Shown: positions 1 to 11,754, numbered from the stretch's first letter. The stretch is 32,000 bases of DNA from a cyanobacterium endosymbiont of Braarudosphaera bigelowii (GCF_020885515.1 NZ_AP024987.1:90001-122000); one strand, 5' to 3'. Translations and numbers: made by a program. The notes: generated from the letters alone by a model not told the origin.

Positions 1-1
1 A

Positions 2-367
2 GGACTAGCCTATCGAGGCAGTACCCTCAATTTTGGAGAATATGCTCTTCAAGCTACTGAACCTTGTTGGATTACTGCTCGTCAAATAGAAGCTGCTCGT
101 CGTGCTATGACTCGCTACATACGTAGAGGTGGAAAAATCTGGATTCGAATTTTTCCAGACAAACCTGTTACTATGCGTGCAGCAGAGACTCGTATGGGTT
201 CAGGAAAAGGATCTCCAGAATATTGGGTTGCTGTAGTGAAGCCAGGACGTATTATGTTTGAGCTTTCTGGAGTAACTGAATCTATTGCTCGTGAAGCTAT
301 GCGTCTTGCTGCACAGAAGCTTCCTATTAAAACAAAGTTCATAACTAGTCAGGAGGAGTACAACTAA
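2..367 (+). CDS. rplP: 50S ribosomal protein L16, 5'-truncated by the window edge
   Basis: The frame is open from position 2. The translation [57 protein letters not shown]... matches L16. It sits directly upstream of rpmC and rpsQ. Confidence 0.95.
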   Translation, partial: GLAYRGSTLNFGEYALQATEPCWITARQIEAARRAMTRYIRRGGKIWIRIFPDKPVTMRAAETRMGSGKGSPEYWVAVVKPGRIMFELSGVTESIAREAMRLAAQKLPIKTKFITSQEEYN

Positions 368-370
368 ATC

Positions 371-607
371 ATGTCTCTACCTAAAATTGCAGAAGCTCGG
401 AGTCTTAGTAATCAAGATTTAGCAGAAGAGATTCTTGCTGCCAAGAAGAAGCTTTTTGAATTAAGATTTCAGCAAGCTACTCGTCAACTAGAAAAGACTC
501 ACGAGTTTAAACATACTCGTCATCGAATAGCTCAACTATTAACAGTTGAGCAAGAGCGCCAACTTGGTAAAAATAATTCTGAATCAACTCCATTTAAAGA
601 GGAATAA
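371..607 (+). CDS. rpmC: 50S ribosomal protein L29
   Basis: A 78-aa ORF lying between L16 and S17. It has the L29-like helical motif [21 protein letters not shown]. Confidence 0.9.
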   Translation: MSLPKIAEARSLSNQDLAEEILAAKKKLFELRFQQATRQLEKTHEFKHTRHRIAQLLTVEQERQLGKNNSESTPFKEE

Positions 608-614
608 CTTAATT

Positions 615-857
615 ATGGCAGTAAAAGAAAAAGTTGGAGTAGTAGTTAGTACTAAAATGGATAAAACCATTGTGGTAGAAGTAGAAAATCGTTCTCCTCA
701 CCCAAAGTACGGAAAAATTATTGTAAAAACCAAAAAATTCAAGGCTCATGACCAAGACAATAAATGTCAAAAAGGGGATAGAGTTCGCATTCAAGAAACT
801 CGACCCCTAAGTAAGACAAAAAGGTGGGTCATGACTGAAATTTTAACCTCTCATTAA
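615..857 (+). CDS. rpsQ: 30S ribosomal protein S17
   Basis: [46 protein letters not shown] is typical S17. I chose the ATG at 615, which follows the rpmC stop. The track ORF starting at 546 overlaps rpmC and adds a non-homologous N-terminus. Confidence 0.9.
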   Translation: MAVKEKVGVVVSTKMDKTIVVEVENRSPHPKYGKIIVKTKKFKAHDQDNKCQKGDRVRIQETRPLSKTKRWVMTEILTSH

Positions 858-875
858 ATCACCTAAGTTAATATC

Positions 876-1244
876 GTGATTCAACAGCAAACTTATCTTA
901 ATGTCGCCGACAATAGCGGAGCTCGTAAATTAATGTGTTTACGTGTTTTAGGAACCGGAAATTGCCGATATGGGGCGATTGGCGATCAAATCGTTGCCGT
1001 CGTCAAAGACGCTATACCAAATATGCCCGTTAAACGTTCTGATATTGTAAAAGCAGTTATCGTACGAACTCGTCAAGCTATTAACCGTGAGAACGGTATG
1101 AGCATACGTTTCGACGACAATGCTGCTGTAATAATAAATGCGGATGGTAACCCAAAAGGAACTCGTGTTTTTGGTCCTGTAGCAAGAGAACTACGAGATA
1201 AAAGTTATACAAAAATTGTTTCTTTGGCACCGGAGGTACTCTAA
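876..1244 (+). CDS. rplN: 50S ribosomal protein L14
   Basis: [21 protein letters not shown]... is the canonical L14 N-terminus. The start codon is GTG at 876. Confidence 0.95.
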   Translation: MIQQQTYLNVADNSGARKLMCLRVLGTGNCRYGAIGDQIVAVVKDAIPNMPVKRSDIVKAVIVRTRQAINRENGMSIRFDDNAAVIINADGNPKGTRVFGPVARELRDKSYTKIVSLAPEVL

Positions 1245-1588
1245 TGAGTAAAACAGCTCAACCGAAGCGTTACAAAATGCACGTTAAAGTTGGAGACAAC
1301 ATACAAGTAATTTCTGGAAAAGATAAAGGCAAAATCGGAGAAATTATAAAAATTTTTCCCAAAAGTAGCCAAGTCCTCATAAAAGGAACTAACGTTAAAA
1401 CTAAGCACGTTAAGCCCCAACAAGAAGGAGAATCTGGCCAGATTACTACATTTGAAGCTCCTATCCATAGCTCTAGCGTAATGTTGTATTCCAGTAAAAA
1501 ACAAGTAGCGAGTCGTATTAATTACACTTTTAATGAAGCGGGTAAGAAAGTACGTATTCTGAAAAAAACGGGTGAAATTATCGATTAG
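1244..1588 (+). CDS. rplX: 50S ribosomal protein L24
   Basis: It has a KOW-type motif ([21 protein letters not shown]). It overlaps the rplN stop in a TAATG junction, and the gene order is conserved. Confidence 0.93.
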   Translation: MSKTAQPKRYKMHVKVGDNIQVISGKDKGKIGEIIKIFPKSSQVLIKGTNVKTKHVKPQQEGESGQITTFEAPIHSSSVMLYSSKKQVASRINYTFNEAGKKVRILKKTGEIID

Positions 1589-1658
1589 TTCGATACTTCC
1601 TAACTAATGATTAACACTTATTTCCCTCTGACAAAGCCCAGAGATAGAGAAAGATACT

Positions 1659-2204
1659 ATGGTTCAATCTAGACTAAAAAATATTTACCAGGAAACTATT
1701 ATAGGTAAACTAAAACAACAGTTTAACTATACCAATGTTCATCAGGTTCCTAAGCTCTTTAAAATTACCATTAATAGAGGTTTAGGAGAGGCATCACAAA
1801 ATGCTAAAGCTCTAGAATCTTCTATTCGTGAGTTGGAAGTTATAACTGGCCAAAAACCAGTTATAACTCGTGCTAAGAAAGCAATTGCAGGTTTTAAAAT
1901 TCGCGAAGGAATGCCGGTAGGTGTTATGGTAACGTTGCGTTCTGAAAAAATGTATGCATTTCTTGATCGACTAATTAATGTAGCTTTACCCAGGATTAGA
2001 GACTTTAGAGGTATTAGTCCAAAAAGTTTCGATGGACGAGGTAACTATAGTCTTGGTGTTCGAGAACAACTCATTTTCCCAGAAATTGATTATGACACCA
2101 TTGATCAAATTCGAGGTATGGATGTTTCTATTATTACCACTGCCCAAACTGATGAAGAAGGGCGTGCGTTATTAAAAGAAATGGGAATGCCCTTCCGTAC
2201 CTAG
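1659..2204 (+). CDS. rplE: 50S ribosomal protein L5
   Basis: The 181-aa translation ...[11 protein letters not shown]...[27 protein letters not shown] is L5. The gene order is conserved. Confidence 0.95.
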   Translation: MVQSRLKNIYQETIIGKLKQQFNYTNVHQVPKLFKITINRGLGEASQNAKALESSIRELEVITGQKPVITRAKKAIAGFKIREGMPVGVMVTLRSEKMYAFLDRLINVALPRIRDFRGISPKSFDGRGNYSLGVREQLIFPEIDYDTIDQIRGMDVSIITTAQTDEEGRALLKEMGMPFRT

Positions 2205-2241
2205 TAATCCTTTATTCTACAGGAGAAACTCATCAGCAATA

Positions 2242-2643
2242 ATGGCACCTAACGATACTATCTCAGACATGTTAACCCGTATTCGCAACGCTTGTGCGGT
2301 ACGACATACAACAACAAAAGTTCCCACGACAAGAATGACTCGAAGTATTGCTCAAGTTCTTAAAGAAGAAGGCTTTATACAGAGTTTCGAAGAAGTGGGA
2401 GAAGGTGTACAAAAACACCTTGTTATTTCTCTTAAATATAAAGCGAGAGGTCGTCAACCTATTATTAATACACTACGTCGGGTTAGTAAACCTGGACTAA
2501 GAGTATATTCTAATCGGAAGGATTTGCCTCGCGTACTTGGAGGTATTGGCGTTGCTATTATTTCCACTTCCAAAGGAATTATGACGGATAGAGAGGCGCG
2601 TCGCCAAAATATTGGTGGTGAAATTTTATGCTACATCTGGTAG
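2242..2643 (+). CDS. rpsH: 30S ribosomal protein S8
   Basis: The N-terminus [13 protein letters not shown] and the C-terminus GGEILCYIW are S8 hallmarks. Confidence 0.95.
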   Translation: MAPNDTISDMLTRIRNACAVRHTTTKVPTTRMTRSIAQVLKEEGFIQSFEEVGEGVQKHLVISLKYKARGRQPIINTLRRVSKPGLRVYSNRKDLPRVLGGIGVAIISTSKGIMTDREARRQNIGGEILCYIW

Positions 2644-2714
2644 TAATAAAGTTAGTTACCATCTCTATCTCGAATAATATTTAACCCATAAATAATTACT
2701 GAAAACGTAAAAAA

Positions 2715-3254
2715 ATGTCTCGTATTGGTAAACGTCCAATTATATTACCTAATAAAGTTACTATTGATATTAAAGGTCAATACGTCACTGTAAAAGGTCC
2801 TAAAGGTTCTTTAGAGCGTGAACTCCCCTCTAAAGTACAGCTCAATAAAGATGGGGAAACTCTTCTAGTTCAAAGACAAGATGAATCTCGTATTTCTCGT
2901 GAACGTCATGGGTTATGTCGCACCTTAGTAGCCAATATGGTTCATGGGGTATCAGCAGGATTTGAAAAACGTCTTAGTATCCAAGGGGTAGGATATCGTG
3001 CCCAAGCAAAAGGTTCTAACTTAACTCTTAATGTTGGATATAGTAAGCCAGTAGAAATAACTATGCCTAGTGGCATCAGTGTTGTTGTTGAAAATAATAC
3101 ATCAGTTATTATCAGCGGCATTGATAAAGAAATAGTCGGAAATATAGCTGCTAAGATTAGAGCAGTAAGACCTCCAGAACCATATAAAGGTAAAGGCATT
3201 CGTTATCTTAATGAATTTGTCGTTCGTAAGGCAGGTAAATCAGGTAAGAAGTAA
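2715..3254 (+). CDS. rplF: 50S ribosomal protein L6
   Basis: [31 protein letters not shown]... is L6. Confidence 0.95.
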   Translation: MSRIGKRPIILPNKVTIDIKGQYVTVKGPKGSLERELPSKVQLNKDGETLLVQRQDESRISRERHGLCRTLVANMVHGVSAGFEKRLSIQGVGYRAQAKGSNLTLNVGYSKPVEITMPSGISVVVENNTSVIISGIDKEIVGNIAAKIRAVRPPEPYKGKGIRYLNEFVVRKAGKSGKK

Positions 3255-3256
3255 TT

Positions 3257-3619
3257 ATGAAGCTTACACGAAGAGAATCTTTAAAACGTCGTCATCAACG
3301 TATCCGGAAAAAGGTTAGTGGAACATCAAGTTGTCCTCGTCTAGCTGTTTTCCGTTCAAATCAACATATTTATGCCCAAATAATTGATGATGTAAAGCAG
3401 CATACATTAGCAGCTGCTTCTACTCTAGAACCGGGGCTTAAAGAAGTTTTAGCATCAAGCTCCAATTGCGAAGCATCGTCAGCAGTAGGAAAATTAGTTG
3501 CTGAACGATTAATTGCAAAAGGAATCGAAGAAGTCGTGTTTGACAGAGGTGGTAATCTTTACCACGGCAAAGTCAAGGCTTTAGCTGAAGCTGCTCGTGA
3601 AGCAGGATTGAAATTCTAA
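3257..3619 (+). CDS. rplR: 50S ribosomal protein L18
   Basis: The translation [19 protein letters not shown]...[27 protein letters not shown] is L18. Confidence 0.95.
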   Translation: MKLTRRESLKRRHQRIRKKVSGTSSCPRLAVFRSNQHIYAQIIDDVKQHTLAAASTLEPGLKEVLASSSNCEASSAVGKLVAERLIAKGIEEVVFDRGGNLYHGKVKALAEAAREAGLKF

Positions 3620-3658
3620 CTAAAGGCATTAATATCTTTACACTAAGCAGTAAAAACT

Positions 3659-4180
3659 ATGGCAAAAAATCGTAAAAACAACAGAGATAAAGCTAAAGAG
3701 ACTAACTGGCAAGAGCGAGTTATTCAGATTCGTAGAGTTAGTAAAGTTGTTAAAGGAGGGAAAAAGCTTAGCTTTCGTGCAGTTGTTGTTATTGGTAATG
3801 AAAAAGGACAAGTCGGTGTTGGGGTCGGCAAAGCTGGAGATGTTATAGGAGCGGTTCGAAAAGGAGTCGCAGACGGTAAAAAGCAACTTGTCGATGTTTC
3901 AATTACAAAATCTAGCTCTATCACTCACATAACGAAAGGAGTCGCTGGCGGAGCGAAAGTTATTGTACGTCCAGCAGCTCCTGGTACTGGAGTAATTGCT
4001 GGTGGTGCTGTAAGAACAGTTTTAGAGTTAGCTGGACTTAAAAATATTTTAGCTAAACAGTTAGGCTCCAATAATCCTCTTAATAACGCAAGGGCTGCTG
4101 TAGATGCACTTGAAGGGTTAAGAACATTATCAGAAGTTGCACAAGAAAGGGACGTTCCCTTAGAGCATCTTTATGCTTAA
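3659..4180 (+). CDS. rpsE: 30S ribosomal protein S5
   Basis: The translation [41 protein letters not shown] is S5. Confidence 0.95.
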   Translation: MAKNRKNNRDKAKETNWQERVIQIRRVSKVVKGGKKLSFRAVVVIGNEKGQVGVGVGKAGDVIGAVRKGVADGKKQLVDVSITKSSSITHITKGVAGGAKVIVRPAAPGTGVIAGGAVRTVLELAGLKNILAKQLGSNNPLNNARAAVDALEGLRTLSEVAQERDVPLEHLYA

Positions 4181-4215
4181 GTCTAGTTTTGTAATTATTA
4201 ATCTTAATAAATCTT

Positions 4216-4680
4216 ATGAGAATTCATAATCTTAGTCCTAAAGAAGGATCAACAAAACGTCGTCGCCGTGTAGGCAGGGGTATTTCTGCTGGTCAAGGTG
4301 CAAGTGGTGGTTTTGGAATGCGAGGTCAAAAATCTCGTTCAGGAACAGGTACTAAAGCAGGATTTGAAGGAGGCCAGATGCCTCTTTACCGTAGGGTTCC
4401 AAAATTAAAGCATTTTCCCTTAGTTAATCCTAGTAAATTTACTATCATTAATGTTGATAGACTAAATAGTCTGACAGCTAATAGCGAGATAGACTTATAT
4501 AGTTTAATGAAACAAGGAATAGTAACTAGTAATGATGGTCCATTGAAAATATTAGGTAATGGAGAGTTAAATGTTGCCCTAGTCGTTAAGGCAGCTGCGT
4601 TTACCAAATCTGCTCAAAGAAAAATTGAAAGTGCTGGTGGAACCTGCCAAAATATATCAAATATAACAACTGATAAATAA
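4216..4680 (+). CDS. rplO: 50S ribosomal protein L15
   Basis: The translation [30 protein letters not shown] is L15. Confidence 0.93.
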   Translation: MRIHNLSPKEGSTKRRRRVGRGISAGQGASGGFGMRGQKSRSGTGTKAGFEGGQMPLYRRVPKLKHFPLVNPSKFTIINVDRLNSLTANSEIDLYSLMKQGIVTSNDGPLKILGNGELNVALVVKAAAFTKSAQRKIESAGGTCQNISNITTDK

Positions 4681-4705
4681 TCGTTGATAAATTAGGTTAT
4701 TACCC

Positions 4706-6022
4706 ATGGTCGTCAGTCGAGACAAAACACCCACAGCACAAGAAACGTTTTTGCAAATGGCTCAAGCAGCTGGATTGCGAAGTCGTTTATTAATTACAAT
4801 TGGTCTGTTAACTTTAATTCGTTTTGGGATTTTTATTCCTATTCCTGGTATTGATAGAGAAAAGTTTATTAGTGCTATTAGTAATAGTCCAGTTTTGGGT
4901 TTTTTAGATATCTTTACAGGTGGTGGTATTTCCACTTTAGGTATTTTTGCTCTAGGAATACTTCCTTTTATCAATGCTTCTATTATTATGCAGTTATTGA
5001 CTGCTGCAATTCCATCTTTAGAAGACCTTCAAAAAAACGAAGGAGAGGCAGGAAGACGTAAGATTTCGCAAATAACTCGGTATGTAGCTGCTGGATGGGC
5101 GATAGTACAAAGTACCGCTATTACTGTAGGCCTGTTAAAAGAATATGCTTTAAGTAGTACATTTTGGTTTGTGCCAGAAACTGTATTAGCATTAACGGCA
5201 GGTTCTATGTTTGTAATGTGGGTATCAGAGCTAATTACAGAAAGAGGGATTGGTAATGGCGCTTCTCTACTGATTTTTGTCAATATTGTGGCAAGCCTAC
5301 CAAGGACTTTAGGACAAACTATTGACTATGCTCAAACTGGTGGAAGACAGGCAGTTGCACAAGTAATTATTTTATTACTTGTTTTTCTAGTCATGATAGT
5401 AGGAATTGTTTTTGTCCAAGAAGGAACACGTCGTATTCCTATTATATCGGCCCGCCGTCAAGTAGGTCGTAAACTATACCGAGAGAGAACAAGTTACTTA
5501 CCTCTGAGACTCAATCAAGGGGGTGTGATGCCTATTATCTTTGCATCAGCAGTTCTAATCCTACCTCAAAGTTTAATTGGTTTTCTTGGTAATGGAGGCG
5601 CTTTTAGTGAAGCTCTAGTGAAAGTTACAAATGCTTTAAGACCAGGTAGCTGGTCTTATGTTGGAGTTTACTCTATTTTAATTCTATTTTTTAGCTATTT
5701 CTATGCTTCTTTAATTGTTAATCCTGAAGACATATCAAAAAATCTTAAAAAGATGGGATCTAGTATTCCCGGCATACGACCTGGTGAAAAAACAAAAGAA
5801 TACTTAGAGGGAGTTTTAAATCGTTTAACTTTCTTAGGTGCTGGTTTCTTGAGCTTCGTAGCTACGGTCCCAACTTTGGTAGAAGGAGCTACTGGAGTTA
5901 CTACATTCAGAGGTTTGGGAGCTACATCATTATTAATATTAGTAGGTGTTGCTATTGACACAGCAAAACAAATTCAAACCTATGTAATTTCTCAACGTTA
6001 TGAGGGAATGGTCAAACAATAG
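4706..6022 (+). CDS. secY: preprotein translocase subunit SecY
   Basis: A 438-aa polytopic membrane protein. It carries SecY motifs (LGILPFINASIIMQLL, ITERGIGNGASLLIF) and occupies the conserved position after rplO. Confidence 0.95.
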   Translation: MVVSRDKTPTAQETFLQMAQAAGLRSRLLITIGLLTLIRFGIFIPIPGIDREKFISAISNSPVLGFLDIFTGGGISTLGIFALGILPFINASIIMQLLTAAIPSLEDLQKNEGEAGRRKISQITRYVAAGWAIVQSTAITVGLLKEYALSSTFWFVPETVLALTAGSMFVMWVSELITERGIGNGASLLIFVNIVASLPRTLGQTIDYAQTGGRQAVAQVIILLLVFLVMIVGIVFVQEGTRRIPIISARRQVGRKLYRERTSYLPLRLNQGGVMPIIFASAVLILPQSLIGFLGNGGAFSEALVKVTNALRPGSWSYVGVYSILILFFSYFYASLIVNPEDISKNLKKMGSSIPGIRPGEKTKEYLEGVLNRLTFLGAGFLSFVATVPTLVEGATGVTTFRGLGATSLLILVGVAIDTAKQIQTYVISQRYEGMVKQ

Positions 6023-6100
6023 GCAATCGTAAAGAATCTTAGTATTTTTCAACCTATTGATTAACCACATAAATATGCAAAAAACATTATCAAGAAGATT

Positions 6101-6682
6101 ATGAGTACAGGAAAAGGGTTGATTTTTTTAGGTCCTCCCGGTTCTGGAAAAGGAACCCAAGCTCAAAAACTATCAGCAAAATTTAACATTCCTCATATTT
6201 CTACTGGAGAAATGTTAAGAGAGGCTATCACTAATCAAACAAAGCTGGGACAAGAAGCTCAGTCTTATGTCGATAAAGGAGAATTAGTACCTGATAAATT
6301 ATTATTAGGTTTAATTCAAGAGCGATTAAACCAACAGGATGCACAGAAAGGGTGGATTCTAGATGGGTTTCCTCGTAATATTTTTCAAGCAGAGTTTTTA
6401 GATACGTTGCTTAAGAGACTCAGTAAATTTTCAGAACAAGCAGTTAATCTGGAAGTTCCCGATGAGGTAATTGTAGAACGTTTACTACTTAGAGGAAGAA
6501 AAGATGATAGTGAAAAGACTATTCGTCGACGTCTAGAAGTTTATAGAGAAAAAACTCAGCTTGTATTAGATTATTATCGTCAAAATAAAAGACTTGTTTC
6601 TATTGATGGTAATCTTAAACCGGATGAAGTGACAATTATATTAAAAAATACACTTACTTCTGGATTGACTAAAATTTTCTAA
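6101..6682 (+). CDS. adk: adenylate kinase (short-LID type)
   Basis: It has the P-loop GPPGSGKGTQ and the motif WILDGFPRN. There is no Cys4 LID insertion. Confidence 0.93.
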   Translation: MSTGKGLIFLGPPGSGKGTQAQKLSAKFNIPHISTGEMLREAITNQTKLGQEAQSYVDKGELVPDKLLLGLIQERLNQQDAQKGWILDGFPRNIFQAEFLDTLLKRLSKFSEQAVNLEVPDEVIVERLLLRGRKDDSEKTIRRRLEVYREKTQLVLDYYRQNKRLVSIDGNLKPDEVTIILKNTLTSGLTKIF

Positions 6683-6783
6683 ATATCAAAATTATAGATA
6701 AGTTAGATTACACGTAAAATAATCATTTTTTAGAAACAAGTTATTAACCTTTTTGTGTTGTACTTATTTGAGGCATAGTAATC

Positions 6784-7011
6784 GTGTCAAAACAAGATTT
6801 AATTGAAATGGAAGGGACAGTGACAGAATCTCTTCCAAATGCGATGTTTAGAGTAGATTTGGATAATGGGTTTAATGTATTAGCCCATATTTCTGGAAAG
6901 ATTCGTCGAAATTATATTAAAATTCTACCAGGGGATAGAGTTAAAGTTGAACTGACACCCTATGATTTAACTAAAGGTAGGATTACCTATCGGCTTAAAG
7001 GTAAAAAGTAA
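6784..7011 (+). CDS. infA: translation initiation factor IF-1
   Basis: The translation [64 protein letters not shown] is IF-1. The start codon is GTG. Confidence 0.95.
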   Translation: MSKQDLIEMEGTVTESLPNAMFRVDLDNGFNVLAHISGKIRRNYIKILPGDRVKVELTPYDLTKGRITYRLKGKK

Positions 7012-7055
7012 AAAATTAGTAACTATAGTCTTCACTATTTATCTTACTTAATAAG

Positions 7056-7085
7056 CTGACAAAAGAAGAGATATCTTGATATAAT
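7056..7085 (+). promoter_or_regulatory. candidate sigma70-type promoter upstream of rpmJ
   Basis: CTGACA (7056-7061) is followed by an 18-nt spacer and then TATAAT (7080-7085), about 30 nt before the rpmJ ATG. Such hexamers arise easily by chance in AT-rich DNA. Confidence 0.3.
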
Positions 7086-7116
7086 AAAAGGCTTGCAGTC
7101 TTGCTGTTAAAAACTT

Positions 7117-7230
7117 ATGAAAGTTAGACCATCTGTTAAAAAAATGTGCGAGAAATGTCGCGTGATTAAGCGACGAGGCAAAGTCATGGTACTTTGTATC
7201 AATCCAAAACATAAACAACGTCAAGGTTAG
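7117..7230 (+). CDS. rpmJ: 50S ribosomal protein L36 (not in the ORF track, 37 aa)
   Basis: My hand translation is [37 protein letters not shown]. This is the canonical L36 sequence with its zinc-ribbon Cys/His pattern. It sits in the conserved infA-rpmJ-rpsM position. Confidence 0.93.
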   Translation: MKVRPSVKKMCEKCRVIKRRGKVMVLCINPKHKQRQG

Positions 7231-7291
7231 AAAGCTAATATAGTAGCTTATTGATCTGTTGTGCCTACAAAATGCTTAGAGGATAAAAAAA

Positions 7292-7675
7292 TTGGCAAGG
7301 ATATCTGGTGTTGATCTACCAAGGGATAAAAGAATTGAAATTGGACTAACTTACCTATTCGGTATTGGTCTATCAAGATCCCAAAAAATATTGGCCGAAA
7401 CAGGTGTTAATCCTGACATTCGTGTACGAGACTTGGGCGATGAAGATCTTACTTCCCTTAGGGCCTATATTGATGATAATTTTCAAATCGAGGGTGATTT
7501 GAGACGTTGGGAGGCTATGAATATAAAACGATTGGCGGATATCGGCACCTATCGAGGTCGTCGTCATCGTCAAGGGCTTCCTGTTCGAGGGCAACGAACA
7601 AGAACTAATGGACGTACCCGTCGTGGAAGACGAGTTACTGTAGCAGGTAAGAAAAAAGCTCCTGCTAAGAAATAA
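7292..7675 (+). CDS. rpsM: 30S ribosomal protein S13
   Basis: [26 protein letters not shown]... is S13. The start codon is TTG at 7292, with the Shine-Dalgarno-like AGAGGA at 7278-7283. Confidence 0.93.
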   Translation: MARISGVDLPRDKRIEIGLTYLFGIGLSRSQKILAETGVNPDIRVRDLGDEDLTSLRAYIDDNFQIEGDLRRWEAMNIKRLADIGTYRGRRHRQGLPVRGQRTRTNGRTRRGRRVTVAGKKKAPAKK

Positions 7676-7721
7676 TTAACGTTTATTTGTAATTCAAGTT
7701 ACACAAAATCTTAGTAAAACT

Positions 7722-8114
7722 ATGGCACGACCAACTAAAAAAGGTGGACCAAAAAAACAGAAGAAAAACGTCCCTAACGGCGTTGCTCACATAAAGTCGA
7801 CATTTAATAACACAATTGTAACAATTTCAGATACCAAAGGAGATGTTATTTCCTGGTCTTCTGCTGGCGCTAGTGGCTTTAAAGGAGCCAAAAAAGGAAC
7901 TCCTTTCGCTGCTCAAACTGCGGCTGATTCAGCTGCTCGGCGTGCTATTGATAATGGAATGCGGCAAATAGAAGTTATGGTTAGCGGGCCTGGTGCTGGT
8001 AGAGAAACTGCTATAAGAGCACTTCAAGGATCAGGATTAGAAATTACGTTAATTAGAGACGTTACACCCATTCCTCACAATGGTTGTCGTCCTCCTAAAC
8101 GACGTCGAGTCTAA
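7722..8114 (+). CDS. rpsK: 30S ribosomal protein S11
   Basis: The translation [30 protein letters not shown]...[13 protein letters not shown] is S11. Confidence 0.95.
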   Translation: MARPTKKGGPKKQKKNVPNGVAHIKSTFNNTIVTISDTKGDVISWSSAGASGFKGAKKGTPFAAQTAADSAARRAIDNGMRQIEVMVSGPGAGRETAIRALQGSGLEITLIRDVTPIPHNGCRPPKRRRV

Positions 8115-8222
8115 TCTATATCTGATTTATCCGAACTAAGATACTTGTAATTTGGTAAATCAGTGACTAATAAAAATATATGTTTGGACGAAGTATTTGA
8201 CAATGAAAAGAGGTGACAAACA

Positions 8223-9167
8223 ATGGCACAATTTCAAATTGAATGTGTAGAGTCTAAGACTCAAAAAAATCAAAGTCAATACAGTAGATTTGTTCTTGAG
8301 CCATTGGAAAGAGGTCAAGGGACAACTGTGGGTAATGCTCTCAGACGAGTCTTATTGGCAAACTTGGAAGGAACAGCAGTTACTGCCATAAGAATTGGCG
8401 GAGTTAATCATGAATTCGCTACAATACCAGGGGTTAGGGAAGATGTCCTAGAAATCATATTAAATATGAAGGAAATCGTTCTTAAAAGCCATACTGAACA
8501 AATCCAAATAGGGCGTTTAGTTGCAGTAGGAGCAGCTCATGTAACAGCAGCGCAGTTCGACTTACCTTCAGAAGTGGAAGTTATTAATCCTACTCAACCT
8601 ATTGCGACCTTAACAGATGGTGCAAAACTTGAAATGGAGTTTCGCATTGAGAAAGGAATGGGGTATGTGCCAGTAGAAAAAGGGAAAGAAAAACAAGGAG
8701 CACTTGATTTTTTACAGATTGACGCTGTCTTCATGCCAGTTACAAAAGTTAACTACAGTGTAGAAAATATCAGAGGGGAAAAGGGTGAAGTAAAAGATTC
8801 TTTAATGCTTGAAATCTGGACCAATGGCAGTGTTAGTCCAAAAGAAGCTTTATCTCAAGCAACTGAAGTTTTGGTTAACTTATTTAGTCCTCTGAAAAAT
8901 ATCAACCAGCTTGAAACCGCTGTTCCTGAATATCAAGACGAAGAAAACCCTCAAAGCCAAATTCCTATTGAAGAATTACAGCTATCTGTACGAGCTTATA
9001 ATTGTTTAAAAAGAGCACAAATAAATACAGTTGCTGATTTATTAGATTATAGTCAAGAAGATTTATTGGAAATCAAAAATTTTGGCCAGAAATCTGCTGA
9101 AGAGGTGATTGAGGCTCTTCAGAAACGATTAGGAATTACTTTAGCACAAGAAAAAAATAAGACCTAA
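8223..9167 (+). CDS. rpoA: DNA-directed RNA polymerase alpha subunit
   Basis: The N-terminal domain contains GQGTTVGNALRRVLL. The C-terminal domain contains ELQLSVRAYNCLKRAQINTVADLL. Confidence 0.95.
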   Translation: MAQFQIECVESKTQKNQSQYSRFVLEPLERGQGTTVGNALRRVLLANLEGTAVTAIRIGGVNHEFATIPGVREDVLEIILNMKEIVLKSHTEQIQIGRLVAVGAAHVTAAQFDLPSEVEVINPTQPIATLTDGAKLEMEFRIEKGMGYVPVEKGKEKQGALDFLQIDAVFMPVTKVNYSVENIRGEKGEVKDSLMLEIWTNGSVSPKEALSQATEVLVNLFSPLKNINQLETAVPEYQDEENPQSQIPIEELQLSVRAYNCLKRAQINTVADLLDYSQEDLLEIKNFGQKSAEEVIEALQKRLGITLAQEKNKT

Positions 9168-9243
9168 TTAGTCATGGACAATAAATCATGACTATTAGTC
9201 TGTAGATGTTACTTTTTTATCATATTAAGGAGACGTAACAAAA

Positions 9244-9594
9244 ATGCGACATCGATGCCGCGTATCACATCTAGGTAAACCTGCTGATCAACGGAAAGCG
9301 TTATTAAGATCACTTGCGACAGAATTAATTCGTCACGGACAAATTAAAACTACTAAAACTCGTGCTAAAGCGGTACGATCTGAAGTAGAAAGAATGATTA
9401 CTTTAGCTAAAGATGGATCATTGTCAGCTAGACGTAAAGCAATGGGTTATCTTTTTGACAAACAATTAGTTCATGCTCTATTCGCTGATGCACTAGCTCG
9501 TTATGGAGAACGGTCTGGAGGTTATACGAGAATTGTTCGTACTTTACGTCGTCGTGGAGATAATGCTGAAATGGCTATTATTGAATTGATGTGA
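9244..9594 (+). CDS. rplQ: 50S ribosomal protein L17
   Basis: [37 protein letters not shown] is L17. The gene ends at a TGA stop. Confidence 0.95.
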   Translation: MRHRCRVSHLGKPADQRKALLRSLATELIRHGQIKTTKTRAKAVRSEVERMITLAKDGSLSARRKAMGYLFDKQLVHALFADALARYGERSGGYTRIVRTLRRRGDNAEMAIIELM

Positions 9595-9629
9595 TCTTTA
9601 AGTATTTTAGATAGCATGACAAATAATGA

Positions 9630-10475
9630 ATGAGCATTTCTAATAAACAGTCACAACTAGTAAAGAGAATAGCTCTGATAATTCAATATTCAGGGAATCG
9701 TTTTCATGGTTGGCAAAGACAGCCTTATCACAGAACTGTTCAAGAAGATATTGAGAACACTATTGCTAAATCACTAGGTTACAAAGTTTCTATCCATGGT
9801 GCTGGACGTACCGATGCAGGGGTTCATGCCACTGCACAGGTAGCTCACTTTGATTATGTAGGGCCAATTCCGCCAAAAAGGTTAGCAAAAGTTATTAATC
9901 GGTATTTACCAGAAGATATCTTAATTCGTAATTCGGAAGAAGTGTCAACCAACTGGCATGCTAGGTTCTCAGCTCAGTGGCGTCGTTATCGATATACATT
10001 ATATACCAACAAAAATTCTAATTTATTTGTTAAATCTTTTAGTTGGCATTATTATCGTTATCCTCTAAAAATAAAATTAATGGTAGACGCCTTAACATCA
10101 TTATTGGGTACACATCATTTGACGGCTTTTCGAAAAGAAGGTTCTCAACGCACTCATTCTTGGGTAGAGATTCAAGATATAGAATGTTACCGTAAAGGAG
10201 CTTTTGTCCATGTAGAGATTCAAGCTAATGGATTTTTATACGGAATGGTAAGATTATTGATAGGGATGCTAGTAGAAGTAGGAATTGGTAAACTTTCTTT
10301 AGCTAATTTTAATCAAATCTGGCGTAACCAAGGGCGTAAACATGTACGGCATTCTGCTCCAGCTAACGGACTATGTTTATTAGGAGTAGGTTATCCAGAA
10401 GTTTCATTTTCATCAAATTTATATTTAGATACTCAGCCATTATTTGAAACCAACCAAATAATTTGTGAAGATTGA
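9630..10475 (+). CDS. truA: tRNA pseudouridine(38-40) synthase
   Basis: It has the motif GAGRTDAGVHA, which contains the catalytic Asp. The rplQ-truA-rplM order is conserved. The gene ends at a TGA stop. Confidence 0.9.
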   Translation: MSISNKQSQLVKRIALIIQYSGNRFHGWQRQPYHRTVQEDIENTIAKSLGYKVSIHGAGRTDAGVHATAQVAHFDYVGPIPPKRLAKVINRYLPEDILIRNSEEVSTNWHARFSAQWRRYRYTLYTNKNSNLFVKSFSWHYYRYPLKIKLMVDALTSLLGTHHLTAFRKEGSQRTHSWVEIQDIECYRKGAFVHVEIQANGFLYGMVRLLIGMLVEVGIGKLSLANFNQIWRNQGRKHVRHSAPANGLCLLGVGYPEVSFSSNLYLDTQPLFETNQIICED

Positions 10476-10557
10476 ATTTCTAACAATATATTTAATGAAA
10501 AAAGCAATGTCTATTAAGAAAGATAACCTGAATATTAATTAATATCTAACATTATTT

Positions 10558-11013
10558 ATGAACAAAACAATTACACCATCACCAGCAATACTTGAGCAGA
10601 AGTGGTATGTTATTAATGCTGAAAATCAGCGTTTAGGGCGCCTTGCCTGCGAAATTGCAAAAATTTTAAGGGGTAAGAAAAAACCGACTTATACTCCTCA
10701 TATGGATACCGGAGACTTTATTATTGTAATCAATGCGGAAAAAATTGAAGTCACCGGCCGAAAAAATCATCAAAAATTATATCGTCGTCACTCTGGTAGG
10801 CCCGGAGGGATGAAGGTTGAAACTTTTGAAAAATTACTCAAGAGAATTCCAGAGAGAATTATTGAAAAAGCTGTAAAGGGAATGTTACCTAAAAACACTT
10901 TAGGACGTCAATTGTTTACAAAATTAAAAGTGTATGCTGGTCCTAACCATCCTCATCAAGCACAAAAGCCTGAACAATTAATTCTGAATACTATTCCAAA
11001 TGGAGATCGATAA
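10558..11013 (+). CDS. rplM: 50S ribosomal protein L13
   Basis: The translation [48 protein letters not shown] is L13. Confidence 0.95.
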   Translation: MNKTITPSPAILEQKWYVINAENQRLGRLACEIAKILRGKKKPTYTPHMDTGDFIIVINAEKIEVTGRKNHQKLYRRHSGRPGGMKVETFEKLLKRIPERIIEKAVKGMLPKNTLGRQLFTKLKVYAGPNHPHQAQKPEQLILNTIPNGDR

Positions 11014-11423
11014 TGTCAACTACTGAAGAAAATAAAGCTATTTACTGGGGTACTGGTCGCCGCAAATCATCAATTGCGAGAGTTCGTCTAGTTCCAGGTA
11101 CAGGAGAAATTAAAGTCAATAAAAAAGAAGGAAATCTATATTTCAATCAAATTGCTGACTATATACAAGTCATCAAAGCACCTCTAGAAAAGCTAGGATT
11201 AGATAAAGAATATGATATTCTAGTCAACGCCCATGGTGGAGGATTAACAGGACAAGCAGATGCAGTCAAATTAGGCATAGCAAGAGCATTATGTGAATTA
11301 AATCCAGAAAACCGACCAACATTAAAAGCAGAAGGATATTTAACAAGAGATCCTCGTGCTAAAGAGCGAAAAAAATATGGTTTACATAAAGCACGTAAAG
11401 CTCCTCAGTATTCTAAACGTTAA
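11013..11423 (+). CDS. rpsI: 30S ribosomal protein S9
   Basis: The translation [14 protein letters not shown]...[25 protein letters not shown] is S9. Its start overlaps the rplM stop (TAATG). Confidence 0.95.
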   Translation: MSTTEENKAIYWGTGRRKSSIARVRLVPGTGEIKVNKKEGNLYFNQIADYIQVIKAPLEKLGLDKEYDILVNAHGGGLTGQADAVKLGIARALCELNPENRPTLKAEGYLTRDPRAKERKKYGLHKARKAPQYSKR

Positions 11424-11481
11424 TCAGAATAGTTTTTATTGTCATAAATAATGCAAAACACCTTATAAGGAGATACGAAAA

Positions 11482-11736
11482 ATGTCGAAGCCTGATATCC
11501 ACCCAACTTGGTATCCTGAAGCAAAAGTAATTTGTAACGGTGAAGTTGTGATGACTGTAGGATCAACTTGCCCTAAAATTAATGTTGAAGTATGGTCGGG
11601 TAATCACCCTTTTTATACGGGTACCCAGAAAATTATTGATACCGAAGGAAGAGTAGATCGCTTCCAAAAACGGTATGCAATGATTGGTAAAAAAGTTAAT
11701 AAAGAAGCATCAGAGTCAGATAGTGCGGAAAAATAG
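11482..11736 (+). CDS. rpmE: 50S ribosomal protein L31
   Basis: The translation [21 protein letters not shown]...HPFYTG...[10 protein letters not shown] is L31. An AAGGAG Shine-Dalgarno sequence lies upstream. Confidence 0.93.
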   Translation: MSKPDIHPTWYPEAKVICNGEVVMTVGSTCPKINVEVWSGNHPFYTGTQKIIDTEGRVDRFQKRYAMIGKKVNKEASESDSAEK

Positions 11737-11754
11737 CAGCCACTATAAAATTTA

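Noticed and set aside
546-614. The track ORF 546-857 gives rpsQ a longer N-terminus.
   Set aside because: The extension overlaps the end of rpmC and is not S17-like. The canonical S17 N-terminus MAVKEKVG starts at 615.
2205-4215. rpsN (S14) and rpmD (L30) are absent from the spc-operon section.
   Set aside because: This is the normal cyanobacterial arrangement, not a deletion specific to this genome.
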